This document shows, piece by piece, positions 7,737 to 14,680 of a stretch of 15,144 nucleotides of DNA. This stretch comes from a virus. The notes beneath the pieces were generated by a model. The model was given only the letters and a program-made list of their open reading frames with translations, was not told the origin of the DNA and made no database searches. The stretch is taken from the UHGV virus genome UHGV-2113352, one strand, 5' to 3'. Positions within the stretch are counted from its first letter, which is position 1. Each line of letters begins with the position of its first letter. A program made the position numbers and the translations under genes.

Positions 7737-9073
7737 AGGACGTCCATAATGCGTTCGATGAATCGCATTTGTTCGAGGTTCTGCTTAACGCGGATGCTTA
7801 CGCCGCCTTTCTGGTTACGTGAACCAGCGAAGTAAAGACGCGCTTCGCCTTTCGCTTCTTCTTCTTCCGTTTTGTTGATAGTGATAACGAGGTCAGCGAT
7901 ACGCACCTTCTCGATGTTGTCCGCTGCGTGCATCATTGTAGCCACCTCAGAAGCGCCACCTTCTCTGTTAGTCTGCGATGCCGTGATGCCGGCAACGTTG
8001 TGTTTGTCGTACAGCGCACGCAGGTCAGTGTAGATGCTGCGAATGTTAGCGCGGTCGTCGCGGAGGTCGTAGCTGGCACGCATCAGGTCAGCGTAGTCGA
8101 CCACAACCATATCGGGGACCATACCGTTGGCTTTCATGCTGCCCAACATACGGTCCAGATCTGCGGGCGACATGCTTCCGGACGGTCGTTCAACAATCCA
8201 CAAACTTCCCACGCCTTTCGTCGCACCCAGCTCCGCCAGTTTGCGATGGACGTCATCGCGACGTTCCACCAGCCTGGACATTTCGGTCTCAGACAGACGG
8301 GCGTCAAAGCGATCTGACAGAATGGAGGTGTGAACTTCCAGCGACAGATACAGGACGTTGTAACCGGCAAGCGTGGCGTTGATGGAAAACTCCCCCATCG
8401 CCGTCGATTTACCAGACTTAGCGAAGCCCATAAATAGCACCATTTCACGCTTTGCCCAGCCTTTCTGGTAAAGCAGCTTGTCGAGCAGCGGGAGGCCGGT
8501 AGTGATGCTGTTTGGCACGTAATCGTCGGACGCTTCGTACTCACGGGCCTTGTAACGCTCCGCTGATTCTGCGAAGTAATCGTAAATGCCGGTCGCTTCG
8601 TTAGAGCCAATTTGCTGGACCTTAGCCATGATTGCCATCGCGCCCTGGAAATCGCCCTTCTCTTTCATCTCAGCCGCTTTAATTAGCGCATCGTCGAAAG
8701 CTACGCTTTTAGCAAATGTCGCGACCTGGTCGACCATGTACGCCGTATCTGACAGCTTCTCAGCGAGAATGCGCTTAAACGCCTCAACAACGTCAGGGAA
8801 CAGCTCTTCGCGGATCGTCTTATCGCGTTTGGCGCGTTTGAGCATGTCGAGGATGGCTGATGATGATGGTGCGCTCTTATACATTCTGTAGTAGCCCGAC
8901 ACCATGTTAACCAGAATGGAGTTAGCCGCATTAGAGAACTGGTTTGGGGCAACCAGATCGCCTGCGCGAGTCAGAAACTCATGGTCGCGACAGAAGTAGG
9001 CAGCGAGTCTATTCTGGAAGTCGTCGTCGAACTCTTCAGACAACCCTCGTCCTGTGTGGCAAAGTTCGGTCAT
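7733..9073 (-). CDS. Replicative DNA helicase, DnaB family, phage T4 gp41-like
   Basis: 446-aa ORF. Walker A GFAKSGKST; NVLYLSLEV and VVVDYADLM segments and the C-terminal region parallel T4 gp41 (NVLYISMEM, IIIVDYLGI) as I remember it. ATG start at 9071-9073 with SD-like AAGGAAAG 6-7 nt upstream on the minus strand. Confidence 0.8.
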   Translation of the reverse strand: MTELCHTGRGLSEEFDDDFQNRLAAYFCRDHEFLTRAGDLVAPNQFSNAANSILVNMVSGYYRMYKSAPSSSAILDMLKRAKRDKTIREELFPDVVEAFKRILAEKLSDTAYMVDQVATFAKSVAFDDALIKAAEMKEKGDFQGAMAIMAKVQQIGSNEATGIYDYFAESAERYKAREYEASDDYVPNSITTGLPLLDKLLYQKGWAKREMVLFMGFAKSGKSTAMGEFSINATLAGYNVLYLSLEVHTSILSDRFDARLSETEMSRLVERRDDVHRKLAELGATKGVGSLWIVERPSGSMSPADLDRMLGSMKANGMVPDMVVVDYADLMRASYDLRDDRANIRSIYTDLRALYDKHNVAGITASQTNREGGASEVATMMHAADNIEKVRIADLVITINKTEEEEAKGEARLYFAGSRNQKGGVSIRVKQNLEQMRFIERIMDVL

Positions 9074-9092
9074 GTGCTTTCCTTTGATACTT

Positions 9093-9112
9093 AAACAAAT
9101 TGTTTTCTAATA
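9093..9112 (-). promoter_or_regulatory. Candidate promoter/operator upstream of the helicase gene (motif B, copy 1)
   Basis: Plus-strand AAACAAATTGTTTTCTAATA; read on the minus strand it is TATTAGAAAACAATTTGTTT. It contains the inverted repeat AACAA-N-TTGTT, lies 20-39 nt upstream of the helicase ATG, and has a -10-like TAGTAT/TATTAG with a -35-like TTGATC 17 bp further upstream (plus 9132-9137). It matches 18 of 20 positions with 12013-12032. Confidence 0.4.
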
Positions 9113-9133
9113 CTAGAAAATCCAGATAGGGGA

Positions 9134-9859
9134 TCAACAGAATCGCCGTGCTTCTTCCAGTTCTTCCGGGAAATGCGCATAAATTACACGCTCAGGTACG
9201 ATTTCCATCAACCAGACTGCGGAGAAGATGATGCGGATGCGTTTATCTCGGGTAATGCCACGCAGACGCTCCAGAATCCACTCAAAATAGCGTTCTTGAA
9301 TCGGGTCGTGCTGCATGTCTCCCAGATACTTAAAACTCACCAGAGAGTCATCCAGACGGGTTACAGCGCGTTTGGCTAACTTCTCTTCGAATATCTCGAT
9401 CAGCTCGGGCTGCCAGAGATGCTGGGGGCGAGGCAATTTGTCCCACAGACGGCGCGCAGCTGCGGACAGAACGGTAGAAATGAAGTAGTCATAAGAGCAG
9501 CAGTACTGGTCGGCAAACTGGCGTGCTTTCCAGAGAGACGTTTTGTTGACCGTCGACAACTCCTGATATGGCACACGCTTCAGACCGGTTGTGAATGGAG
9601 CCGTCTCATAGTGTTCACGACCATGCGACAGCATGATGTATGAGTACTGGCGCTTGTATGCCTCAGTGAAAAGGCATGTGGCCATGAGCGGGTGCATATC
9701 GCGATAGTCAAACCATTTGGTTTCGAACAGTTCCGCCTCGTCCTTGCAACGTGACAGGCCAATGTTCTCCGCGACCCACTTATCCATGACTGCGGTGTTC
9801 CACTCTGTCATGAAATCGTACTGGTCATTGTCGATAGTGTTGAAGAAGATCTGGCTCAC
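9134..9859 (-). CDS. Hypothetical protein, first gene of the helicase-primase operon
   Basis: 241-aa ORF with GTG start at 9857-9859 and SD-like AAAGGGAA upstream. Co-directional and closely spaced with the helicase gene. No family recognised by eye. Confidence 0.55.
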   Translation of the reverse strand: MSQIFFNTIDNDQYDFMTEWNTAVMDKWVAENIGLSRCKDEAELFETKWFDYRDMHPLMATCLFTEAYKRQYSYIMLSHGREHYETAPFTTGLKRVPYQELSTVNKTSLWKARQFADQYCCSYDYFISTVLSAAARRLWDKLPRPQHLWQPELIEIFEEKLAKRAVTRLDDSLVSFKYLGDMQHDPIQERYFEWILERLRGITRDKRIRIIFSAVWLMEIVPERVIYAHFPEELEEARRFC

Positions 9860-9871
9860 ATGATTCCCTTT

Positions 9872-9893
9872 AATAGGTATGTACTTACTTATC
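9872..9893 (-). promoter_or_regulatory. Candidate operator (motif A, copy 1) upstream of the 241-aa gene and replication operon
   Basis: AATAGGTATGTACTTACTTATC; the 15-mer TAGGTATGTACTTAC (9874-9888) is identical to 14611-14625. Imperfect inverted repeat around the central TGTACT. Lies 13-34 nt upstream of the GTG start at 9859. Confidence 0.4.
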
Positions 9894-9964
9894 TAAGTGA
9901 GCGAATCATAGCGACTGGAGATATTTTTGGGAAGTGGAAACGGAAGGGAGTTGTTCTGGTGGGT

Positions 9965-9978
9965 GTCTTTTAAAAGAC
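9965..9978. promoter_or_regulatory. Perfect 14-bp palindrome GTCTTTTAAAAGAC in the divergent intergenic region
   Basis: Self-complementary 14-mer, flanked by CGGAAG (left) and CTTCCG (right) inverted segments and followed by an AT-rich tract (about 9990-10035). Lies between the divergently transcribed replication operon and the GIY-YIG-like gene. Confidence 0.35.
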
Positions 9979-10159
9979 CTGCTTCCGTATATATTTAATA
10001 AGTTACTTATTATTTATATACAGAAACAGGCATAACTTGTCGTCTTAGACACCCAGAAGCTCTACACTTTGAGCCTGTAAAATTGATTAAAAACTTATGT
10101 GTAAAATAGAACGCATTAGTCAGTAGCTAAGAGATGATTTATCGGTATACGCGAGATCA

Positions 10160-10897
10160 TTGGATAAGGCTAAATACTATGTTTACTGTCTCTATGATAC
10201 AGAAGACAAGATGAAAAGACCGTTTTACATAGGAAAAGGCAAATCGACTCGTTGTCTCGATCACATCAAGTATCCCGATGACTCTCCCAAATCCATGCGG
10301 ATCAAAGAACTTTTGGCTAATAAAAAATTAGGCATAGATATTCTTCGTCATGGTATGGATGAAACCACAGCCAAACTTGTTGAGGCGACATGCATCGACC
10401 TTATGGGGGTCGGAGAGCTTACGAATAAGGTACGAGGAAGTGGTTCCATGATGGGCAGAATATCACTGGACGCCTACCATCACTTAGTGCTGCAAGAGGA
10501 AACTGAAATTGCTCCTGAGCACGCCGGTCTTGCCTTCCTGCTAAACAGCACCTACAAGTCAGGAATGTCCGCTCTGGCATTATATGAAGCTACGCGTGGC
10601 GTATGGGCAAAGGTTCCAAGAGACGAGAATCTCAAATATGCCTACGCTACATATGGGGGCCTGATAATGGAAGTTTATCAGATTGAATGCTGGGTCAAAG
10701 CCGGTTCTCAGCAGTACTTTACAAGGGATATAGCTCTTGGCCCCGACACAAAACGTTATGAATTTGTTGGCAGAATAGCCGATGAGCATATTAGAAAACT
10801 GTATGTAGGCAAATTAATCAAGAAGCCACCAAGCTACGGCAGCCCTTTTGTGAAGGTTGGGGTGGTTAGGAATGAACATAGTGTTAGCGCGGCATAA
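10160..10897 (+). CDS. Hypothetical protein with an N-terminal GIY-YIG-like nuclease motif
   Basis: 245-aa ORF, the only long plus-strand gene in this region and divergent from the replication operon. N-terminus YYVYCLYD..KRPFYIGKGKSTRCLDH fits the GIY-(10-11)-YIG-..R..H pattern of GIY-YIG nucleases. The C-terminal ~150 aa is unassigned. Confidence 0.4.
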   Translation: MDKAKYYVYCLYDTEDKMKRPFYIGKGKSTRCLDHIKYPDDSPKSMRIKELLANKKLGIDILRHGMDETTAKLVEATCIDLMGVGELTNKVRGSGSMMGRISLDAYHHLVLQEETEIAPEHAGLAFLLNSTYKSGMSALALYEATRGVWAKVPRDENLKYAYATYGGLIMEVYQIECWVKAGSQQYFTRDIALGPDTKRYEFVGRIADEHIRKLYVGKLIKKPPSYGSPFVKVGVVRNEHSVSAA

Positions 10898-10949
10898 AGC
10901 TGACACTGTACTTATGCATTGGCGCGTACATTGCGCCAATGCATAATTT

Positions 10950-11309
10950 TTAACCTTTCTTCATCAACTCTCGTTTGATTTCATCGGTACGCATCGTGAC
11001 ATCGGCAGCTGTGATCGCCTCGTTAAGTTTCACGATGTCCTCGATTTCCTGCGGTGACTTCTCTGCCAGATGGAAAATGGCTGCGCGAATCACGTCAGAA
11101 CGGGTGAACTTCTCGAAACGAGGGATGAACTTCATCATTTCCAGCAGTTCGAAGTATTCGTCCTCCAGTGACATTGTGCGGCTTTTAATTTTCTCTTTGC
11201 CACGAGTCGGGCGTCCCTGTGGTCTGACTGGTTGGCGCAAAGGAGTTGTGTTCTTGGCCGGTGCATCAGGCTCTTTGCGCTTTGCTAGGTCACCCATTTT
11301 CATGGACAT
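10950..11309 (-). CDS. Putative partition adaptor / centromere-binding protein (ParG/ParB-like small partner of ParA)
   Basis: 119-aa ORF immediately downstream of the ParA-like gene; its ATG (11307-11309) overlaps the ParA TAA by 1 nt. Basic, Pro-rich N-terminal tail and a helical C-terminal half, as in small type Ib partition partners. Assignment is by position and composition only. Confidence 0.45.
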   Translation of the reverse strand: MSMKMGDLAKRKEPDAPAKNTTPLRQPVRPQGRPTRGKEKIKSRTMSLEDEYFELLEMMKFIPRFEKFTRSDVIRAAIFHLAEKSPQEIEDIVKLNEAITAADVTMRTDEIKRELMKKG

Positions 11310-11977
11310 TATTCTTCTTCCTCCAGACTCAACAGATAATCTACAAATTCTTCAAACTCGGCTTCCGCCTTTTTGTCGCGCTCGCTACCGGTCATTTCAA
11401 AGATAGAACGACCAGACTCTTCCGCATCATCATAGACGTTGCGGTTATATAAATTGACTGGCGCAGACTCGATGCCAAACGTCTCGACAATCTCTTTAGC
11501 CGCCAAAATGCGAGACACTTGTGATGGCAAAGCCGGGCACTGGTTCATGACCGCGCGGACCTTCACTTTATCGTTTACATTACGAACATTGTCGATAATA
11601 GGATCGATGTCACGCAGAGATTTCAAATCACGACGCTTAGGACGAAGCGGGATAATGATAACGTCGGCCATCAGCATCGCTTGTCGCTGAATTTCGGAGT
11701 CAAAGCCACCAGCATCTACCACTACAAACTCAGCTCTACCCTGAAGCGATTTTAGGTGCTTAATGATGTCATCCTGAACGTATGCAAAAGGAATCAGCTC
11801 AAGGTCTTCGTTCTGTCGACGGTCTTCACACCAGCTTGTTGTCGTGCGCTGAATATCTATATCAGTGATATAAACCTTCTTCTTCTTTTTGACTTTCAGG
11901 CAAACGGCAATTTGCTGGGCAACAGTGGATTTGCCAGGCCCGCCCTTTGTGCCGCCAACCACAAAGATCTTGGTCAT
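11309..11977 (-). CDS. parA: ParA-family partition ATPase (short, type Ib-like)
   Basis: 222-aa ORF. Deviant Walker A IFVVGGTKGGPGKST near the N-terminus and VVVDAGG (Walker A'/B-like); the size is typical of plasmid ParF/ParA type Ib ATPases. ATG at 11975-11977 with SD-like AAAGGGAA upstream. Confidence 0.65.
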   Translation of the reverse strand: MTKIFVVGGTKGGPGKSTVAQQIAVCLKVKKKKKVYITDIDIQRTTTSWCEDRRQNEDLELIPFAYVQDDIIKHLKSLQGRAEFVVVDAGGFDSEIQRQAMLMADVIIIPLRPKRRDLKSLRDIDPIIDNVRNVNDKVKVRAVMNQCPALPSQVSRILAAKEIVETFGIESAPVNLYNRNVYDDAEESGRSIFEMTGSERDKKAEAEFEEFVDYLLSLEEEE

Positions 11978-12012
11978 TGGAGAGTTCCCTTTGCGTATAT
12001 AATTATCGTCTG

Positions 12013-12032
12013 AAACAACTTGTTTTCTTATA
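12013..12032 (-). promoter_or_regulatory. Candidate promoter/operator upstream of parA (motif B, copy 2)
   Basis: Plus-strand AAACAACTTGTTTTCTTATA; minus-strand sense TATAAGAAAACAAGTTGTTT with a -10-like TATAAG and the inverted repeat AACAA-N-TTGTT. Lies 36-55 nt upstream of the parA ATG. Confidence 0.4.
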
Positions 12033-12256
12033 TGTGATATAGCCTAAATGCCTACGGCTGCGGTGTAAAGGTTATTTAGTAGGTTGTTATTGCCTATTGC
12101 TAGTAACTGTTTTCATTTGTCTGTTGAAAAAAGTGACAATCATCTCTATATTACGAGTACGGTAAATTGCCGTACACAATTTGATGACACATACGCAATG
12201 GGCTATAGCCCAGTTAAATAACCTTTGAGTCGAAAACTCAGTTTAAATAGAGAGCA

Positions 12257-12286
12257 ATGATGGCCTTCCTACATCACCGGCCATCA
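12257..12286 (+). promoter_or_regulatory. Candidate TacA (antitoxin) autoregulatory operator
   Basis: Perfect 8-bp inverted repeat TGATGGCC (12257-12264) and GGCCATCA (12279-12286) with a 14-bp spacer, ending directly before the AGGGGG SD and the ATG at 12297. Confidence 0.4.
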
Positions 12287-12296
12287 GGGGGTACAC

Positions 12297-12566
12297 ATGT
12301 CCGCACTGAAAAAGCAGCGCATCGATTTGAGATTAACCGATGACGATAAAAGCATCATCGAGGAAGCTGCCGCAATGTCTAACCAGAGCATTACCCAGTT
12401 CATGGTTAGCAGTGCATCCGAACGTGCCGTGAAGGTGATAGAGCAACACCGTAGACTGGTTCTAAGTGAAGAGTCCTGGAATCTGGTTATGGATGCTATA
12501 AGCAATCCTCCGGCACCGAACGACAAGCTGAAACGAGCTGCCAATCGTCTGAAAAGCATGGAGTAA
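12297..12566 (+). CDS. DUF1778 (RHH-type) antitoxin of a GNAT toxin-antitoxin pair (TacA/AtaR-like)
   Basis: 89-aa ORF MSALKKQRIDLRLTDDDKSIIEEAAA..SNPPAPNDKLKRAANRLKSME closely matches the TacA/AtaR antitoxin family as I remember it. Sits 7 nt upstream of the GNAT toxin gene. AGGGGG SD before the ATG. Confidence 0.8.
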   Translation: MSALKKQRIDLRLTDDDKSIIEEAAAMSNQSITQFMVSSASERAVKVIEQHRRLVLSEESWNLVMDAISNPPAPNDKLKRAANRLKSME

Positions 12567-12573
12567 TTTACTC

Positions 12574-13095
12574 GTGAGCAATACGACGATCGAGATTTTC
12601 TCTGGAGAGAACGATTATGATCTAAACGGTTTTGATTGCGGCGAAGAGTCACTAAACGCATTTTTGACCAACCACTTAAAAAGACAGCATGAAGGAAAAA
12701 TTCTTCGCGCTTATGTGCTTTGCACTAAAGAAGAAATACCAAAGGTATTAGGTTATTACACTTTGTCAGGCAGCTGCTTTGAGAAAGAAACCTTACCTTC
12801 AAAGAGTCAGCAAAAGAAAGTGCCTTATCGGAATGTCCCAAGTATCACTTTAGGCAGACTGGCTTTGGACAAATCTCTTCAAGGTCAGGGGCTTGGCTCA
12901 ATGCTTGTAACTCACGCAATGCGTGTTGTGTACAATGCATCTCTTGCGGTAGGCATTCATGGGCTTTTCGTTGAGGCGTTGAACGATAAAGCCAGGGCGT
13001 TTTATAAAAGTTTGGGCTTTATCCAGCTGGTTGGTAACAACGATCGTTCTTTGTTCTATCCAACAAAATCTATCGAAAAATTGTTCGAAGAATAA
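12574..13095 (+). CDS. GNAT-family acetyltransferase toxin (TacT/AtaT-like, aminoacyl-tRNA acetylating)
   Basis: 173-aa ORF with GTG start. Acetyl-CoA binding motif QGQGLGSMLV; size and the upstream DUF1778 antitoxin are typical of TacAT/AtaRT/KacAT modules. Confidence 0.8.
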   Translation: MSNTTIEIFSGENDYDLNGFDCGEESLNAFLTNHLKRQHEGKILRAYVLCTKEEIPKVLGYYTLSGSCFEKETLPSKSQQKKVPYRNVPSITLGRLALDKSLQGQGLGSMLVTHAMRVVYNASLAVGIHGLFVEALNDKARAFYKSLGFIQLVGNNDRSLFYPTKSIEKLFEE

Positions 13096-13101
13096 TGTGT
13101 C

Positions 13102-13117
13102 CCCCTCATTTGAGGGG
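13102..13117 (+). terminator. GC-rich hairpin immediately after the tacT stop codon (possible terminator or stabilising stem-loop in the convergent gap)
   Basis: CCCCTC (13102-13107), loop ATTT, GAGGGG (13112-13117), starting 7 nt after TAA (13093-13095). No clear U-tract on the plus strand; modestly T-rich on the minus-strand side. Confidence 0.25.
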
Positions 13118-13127
13118 AACTTGGACA

Positions 13128-13343
13128 TCACCAACCGCAAACTCTCTCTCCCATCGTATTGTGAAAAAGGATTTGGCGTTCGGTTTCTTCGGTCATTACA
13201 TCGTCATTGCTGATATAAATAGGTTCAGCGCCATCGCAGAACAACACGCTGGTGGTCTGTGGCTTAATTACGCACCCACTTATCATGCAGCTCACGATGA
13301 ATGGCAGAAGCATCTTTCTGACGTATTTCACTGTTCGTCTCAT
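13128..13343 (-). CDS. Putative o-spanin (Rz1-like outer-membrane lipoprotein), overlapping the 3' end of the i-spanin-like gene in another frame
   Basis: 71-aa ORF with ATG at 13341-13343. Lipoprotein-type signal peptide: basic n-region MRRTVKYVRK, hydrophobic MLLPFIVSCMIS and lipobox ISGC. The short mature part has further Cys residues. Overlaps 13264-13343 of the upstream gene and extends beyond its stop, the overlapped spanin architecture. Confidence 0.4.
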   Translation of the reverse strand: MRRTVKYVRKMLLPFIVSCMISGCVIKPQTTSVLFCDGAEPIYISNDDVMTEETERQILFHNTMGERVCGW

Positions 13344-13515
13344 TCACCACTTCCACTGTGCTTTGAAGACGCTTGTTATCTTCCCGCCGTTCTTTCTCTT
13401 CCATACTGCGTCTGGCCATATACCCGCCATAGGAGTATGCGCCGACAAGGACTAGAATGACGGCGGCCAGAGTGAACAAAGCGGATTTCATTTTGAACAA
13501 CAGGCCGTCGAACAT
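13264..13515 (-). CDS. Putative i-spanin (Rz-like) or holin-like small membrane protein
   Basis: 83-aa ORF. N-terminal transmembrane segment ALFTLAAVILVLVGAYSYGGY followed by a highly charged periplasmic-type tail. ATG at 13513-13515 is only 2 nt downstream of the stop of the preceding gene. Contains the overlapping lipoprotein ORF. Confidence 0.4.
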   Translation of the reverse strand: MFDGLLFKMKSALFTLAAVILVLVGAYSYGGYMARRSMEEKERREDNKRLQSTVEVVNETNSEIRQKDASAIHRELHDKWVRN

Positions 13516-13517
13516 AC

Positions 13518-14237
13518 TTACACTAATCCTTTCTGGTGCTTGCGAACCTGGGACCAGGCAATGAATGCTGCCACAAGAATGGTAGCTACGCCAAAGATGA
13601 TGCGTACCGTATCTCCACTGGAGATATTGCCTTGCGCTTTATCCATTGCGGCAGAAACTTGAGGCATAACGTCAGCAATTTGTGCAAGGCCAATACCTGC
13701 AGTGACTGTAGCACCTGTGGTTTCTTTTGTTACTGGAACGGCTTTTACAGCCTTTACCGGTTTGACAATGCCGGCACGTCGCAGACCTTCTTCGATAAGT
13801 TCTGGTGTATACCAGCTATTGGGAGTTTTCAGCGGACCTCGGCCATTTTCATGTCTAATGATCGCCTCTACCAGCGGTCTTAAGGTCTCGTAGTCATGCA
13901 GATCGATAATCATATCTGGTGCTACTCCAACGGCTTTGGATACCTCGTTCACATAAGCCAAAGTGTTGTTCTCATGTGGAGGCGCCCAGCGTTCGATGAC
14001 TTCGCGGATCGTATCAATGCTGGAGCCATCTTTTGCGCGGCGCTTGTCGTGGTAAGTAATGAGTGTCACTGCCAATGCCCGAATCCCCCACACGGGGTCT
14101 TTAAACGTGCAGAAGCGCGGTTCTGAAGAGTTGTTGACTAAGCCCTGCCACGGCGCTCCTTTATCAAGATTACCGGGGTTGTTATTACGAATGCCTCTCG
14201 GAGTTTTCATCCTTGATCTCCTGTTATTGCAATCCAT
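13518..14237 (-). CDS. Hypothetical membrane-anchored protein; candidate lysis enzyme (endolysin-like) by position only
   Basis: 239-aa ORF with ATG at 14235-14237. Conserved-looking N-terminal motif RGIRNNNPGNL; C-terminal hydrophobic helix VRIIFGVATILVAAFIAWSQV. Located between a small membrane protein gene and the spanin-like pair. No catalytic family could be assigned by eye. Confidence 0.5.
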   Translation of the reverse strand: MDCNNRRSRMKTPRGIRNNNPGNLDKGAPWQGLVNNSSEPRFCTFKDPVWGIRALAVTLITYHDKRRAKDGSSIDTIREVIERWAPPHENNTLAYVNEVSKAVGVAPDMIIDLHDYETLRPLVEAIIRHENGRGPLKTPNSWYTPELIEEGLRRAGIVKPVKAVKAVPVTKETTGATVTAGIGLAQIADVMPQVSAAMDKAQGNISSGDTVRIIFGVATILVAAFIAWSQVRKHQKGLV

Positions 14238-14559
14238 TTTTTACGCCATACGCGGCCAATCCTAAAAGCAGTACGGTAATAATGAACGACGTTATTTTCG
14301 AAACAATGCCGCCAAAGAACCCACTGGAGATGGTGTCGAGCCGGTTAAGAAGTTTGTCCAGATTGGAGTGCTGAATGCTGTATTGTGCGGGCGTCATATC
14401 GCCAAAGTAGGTTTTGAGCTGGTCATTGACCTCCTGACCAATTTCCTCGCGTATTTCTTTACCTAATTTGCCTACGACTTCCCGAGCAACGATTGAGGCG
14501 ATGCGCTCAACCTGTTCAGTTGTGACTCCCGCCATCTCGTTCGACATGTTTTCCTCCAT
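14224..14559 (-). CDS. Small membrane protein, candidate holin or antiholin (positional inference)
   Basis: 111-aa ORF with ATG at 14557-14559. Hydrophilic N-terminal ~75 aa and a single C-terminal transmembrane helix ITSFIITVLLLGLAAYGV. Overlaps the next gene by 14 nt. Confidence 0.45.
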   Translation of the reverse strand: MEENMSNEMAGVTTEQVERIASIVAREVVGKLGKEIREEIGQEVNDQLKTYFGDMTPAQYSIQHSNLDKLLNRLDTISSGFFGGIVSKITSFIITVLLLGLAAYGVKNGLQ

Positions 14560-14607
14560 GAAAAGTCAAATCGGGATGGCGTGTTTATATCATATTTTAA
14601 CCATTTG

Positions 14608-14631
14608 TAGTAGGTATGTACTTACCTACTA
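14608..14631 (-). promoter_or_regulatory. Candidate operator (motif A, copy 2) upstream of the lysis-like operon
   Basis: TAGTAGGTA-TGTACT-TACCTACTA: a perfect 9-bp inverted repeat with 6-bp spacer. Lies 49-72 nt upstream of the ATG at 14559 and shares the 15-mer TAGGTATGTACTTAC with copy 1. Confidence 0.45.
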
Positions 14632-14680
14632 TATATCTTGCAAACTAATCGTTGTTAATAATGCAGATATAATCTGCCCC

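Noticed and set aside
6540-9762. Short ORFs overlapping the primase, helicase and 241-aa genes, including the 158-aa minus-strand ORF 8134-8610
   Set aside because: Embedded in the helicase and primase coding sequences, whose translations show clear family motifs; the overlapping ORFs are Arg/Ser/Cys/Trp-rich with no motifs.
10975-11690. Plus-strand ORFs (143, 68 and 83 aa) across the partition genes
   Set aside because: Antisense to the ParA-like and partner genes, which have Walker motifs and coupled start/stop codons.
11978-12256. parS-like centromere repeats in the parA-tacA intergenic region (includes the palindromes GGCTATAGCC at 12201-12210 and GTACGG-N7-CCGTAC at 12157-12175)
   Set aside because: Only isolated short palindromes and loosely similar AT-rich words were found, not a clear array of iterated repeats; insufficient to call a centromere without comparative data.
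13095-13460. 121-aa plus-strand ORF and neighbours (13031-13213, 13252-13455) in the convergent gap after tacT
   Set aside because: They overlap the spanin-like genes on the opposite strand, lack ribosome-binding sites and recognisable features; the minus-strand lipoprotein and transmembrane ORFs explain the region better.
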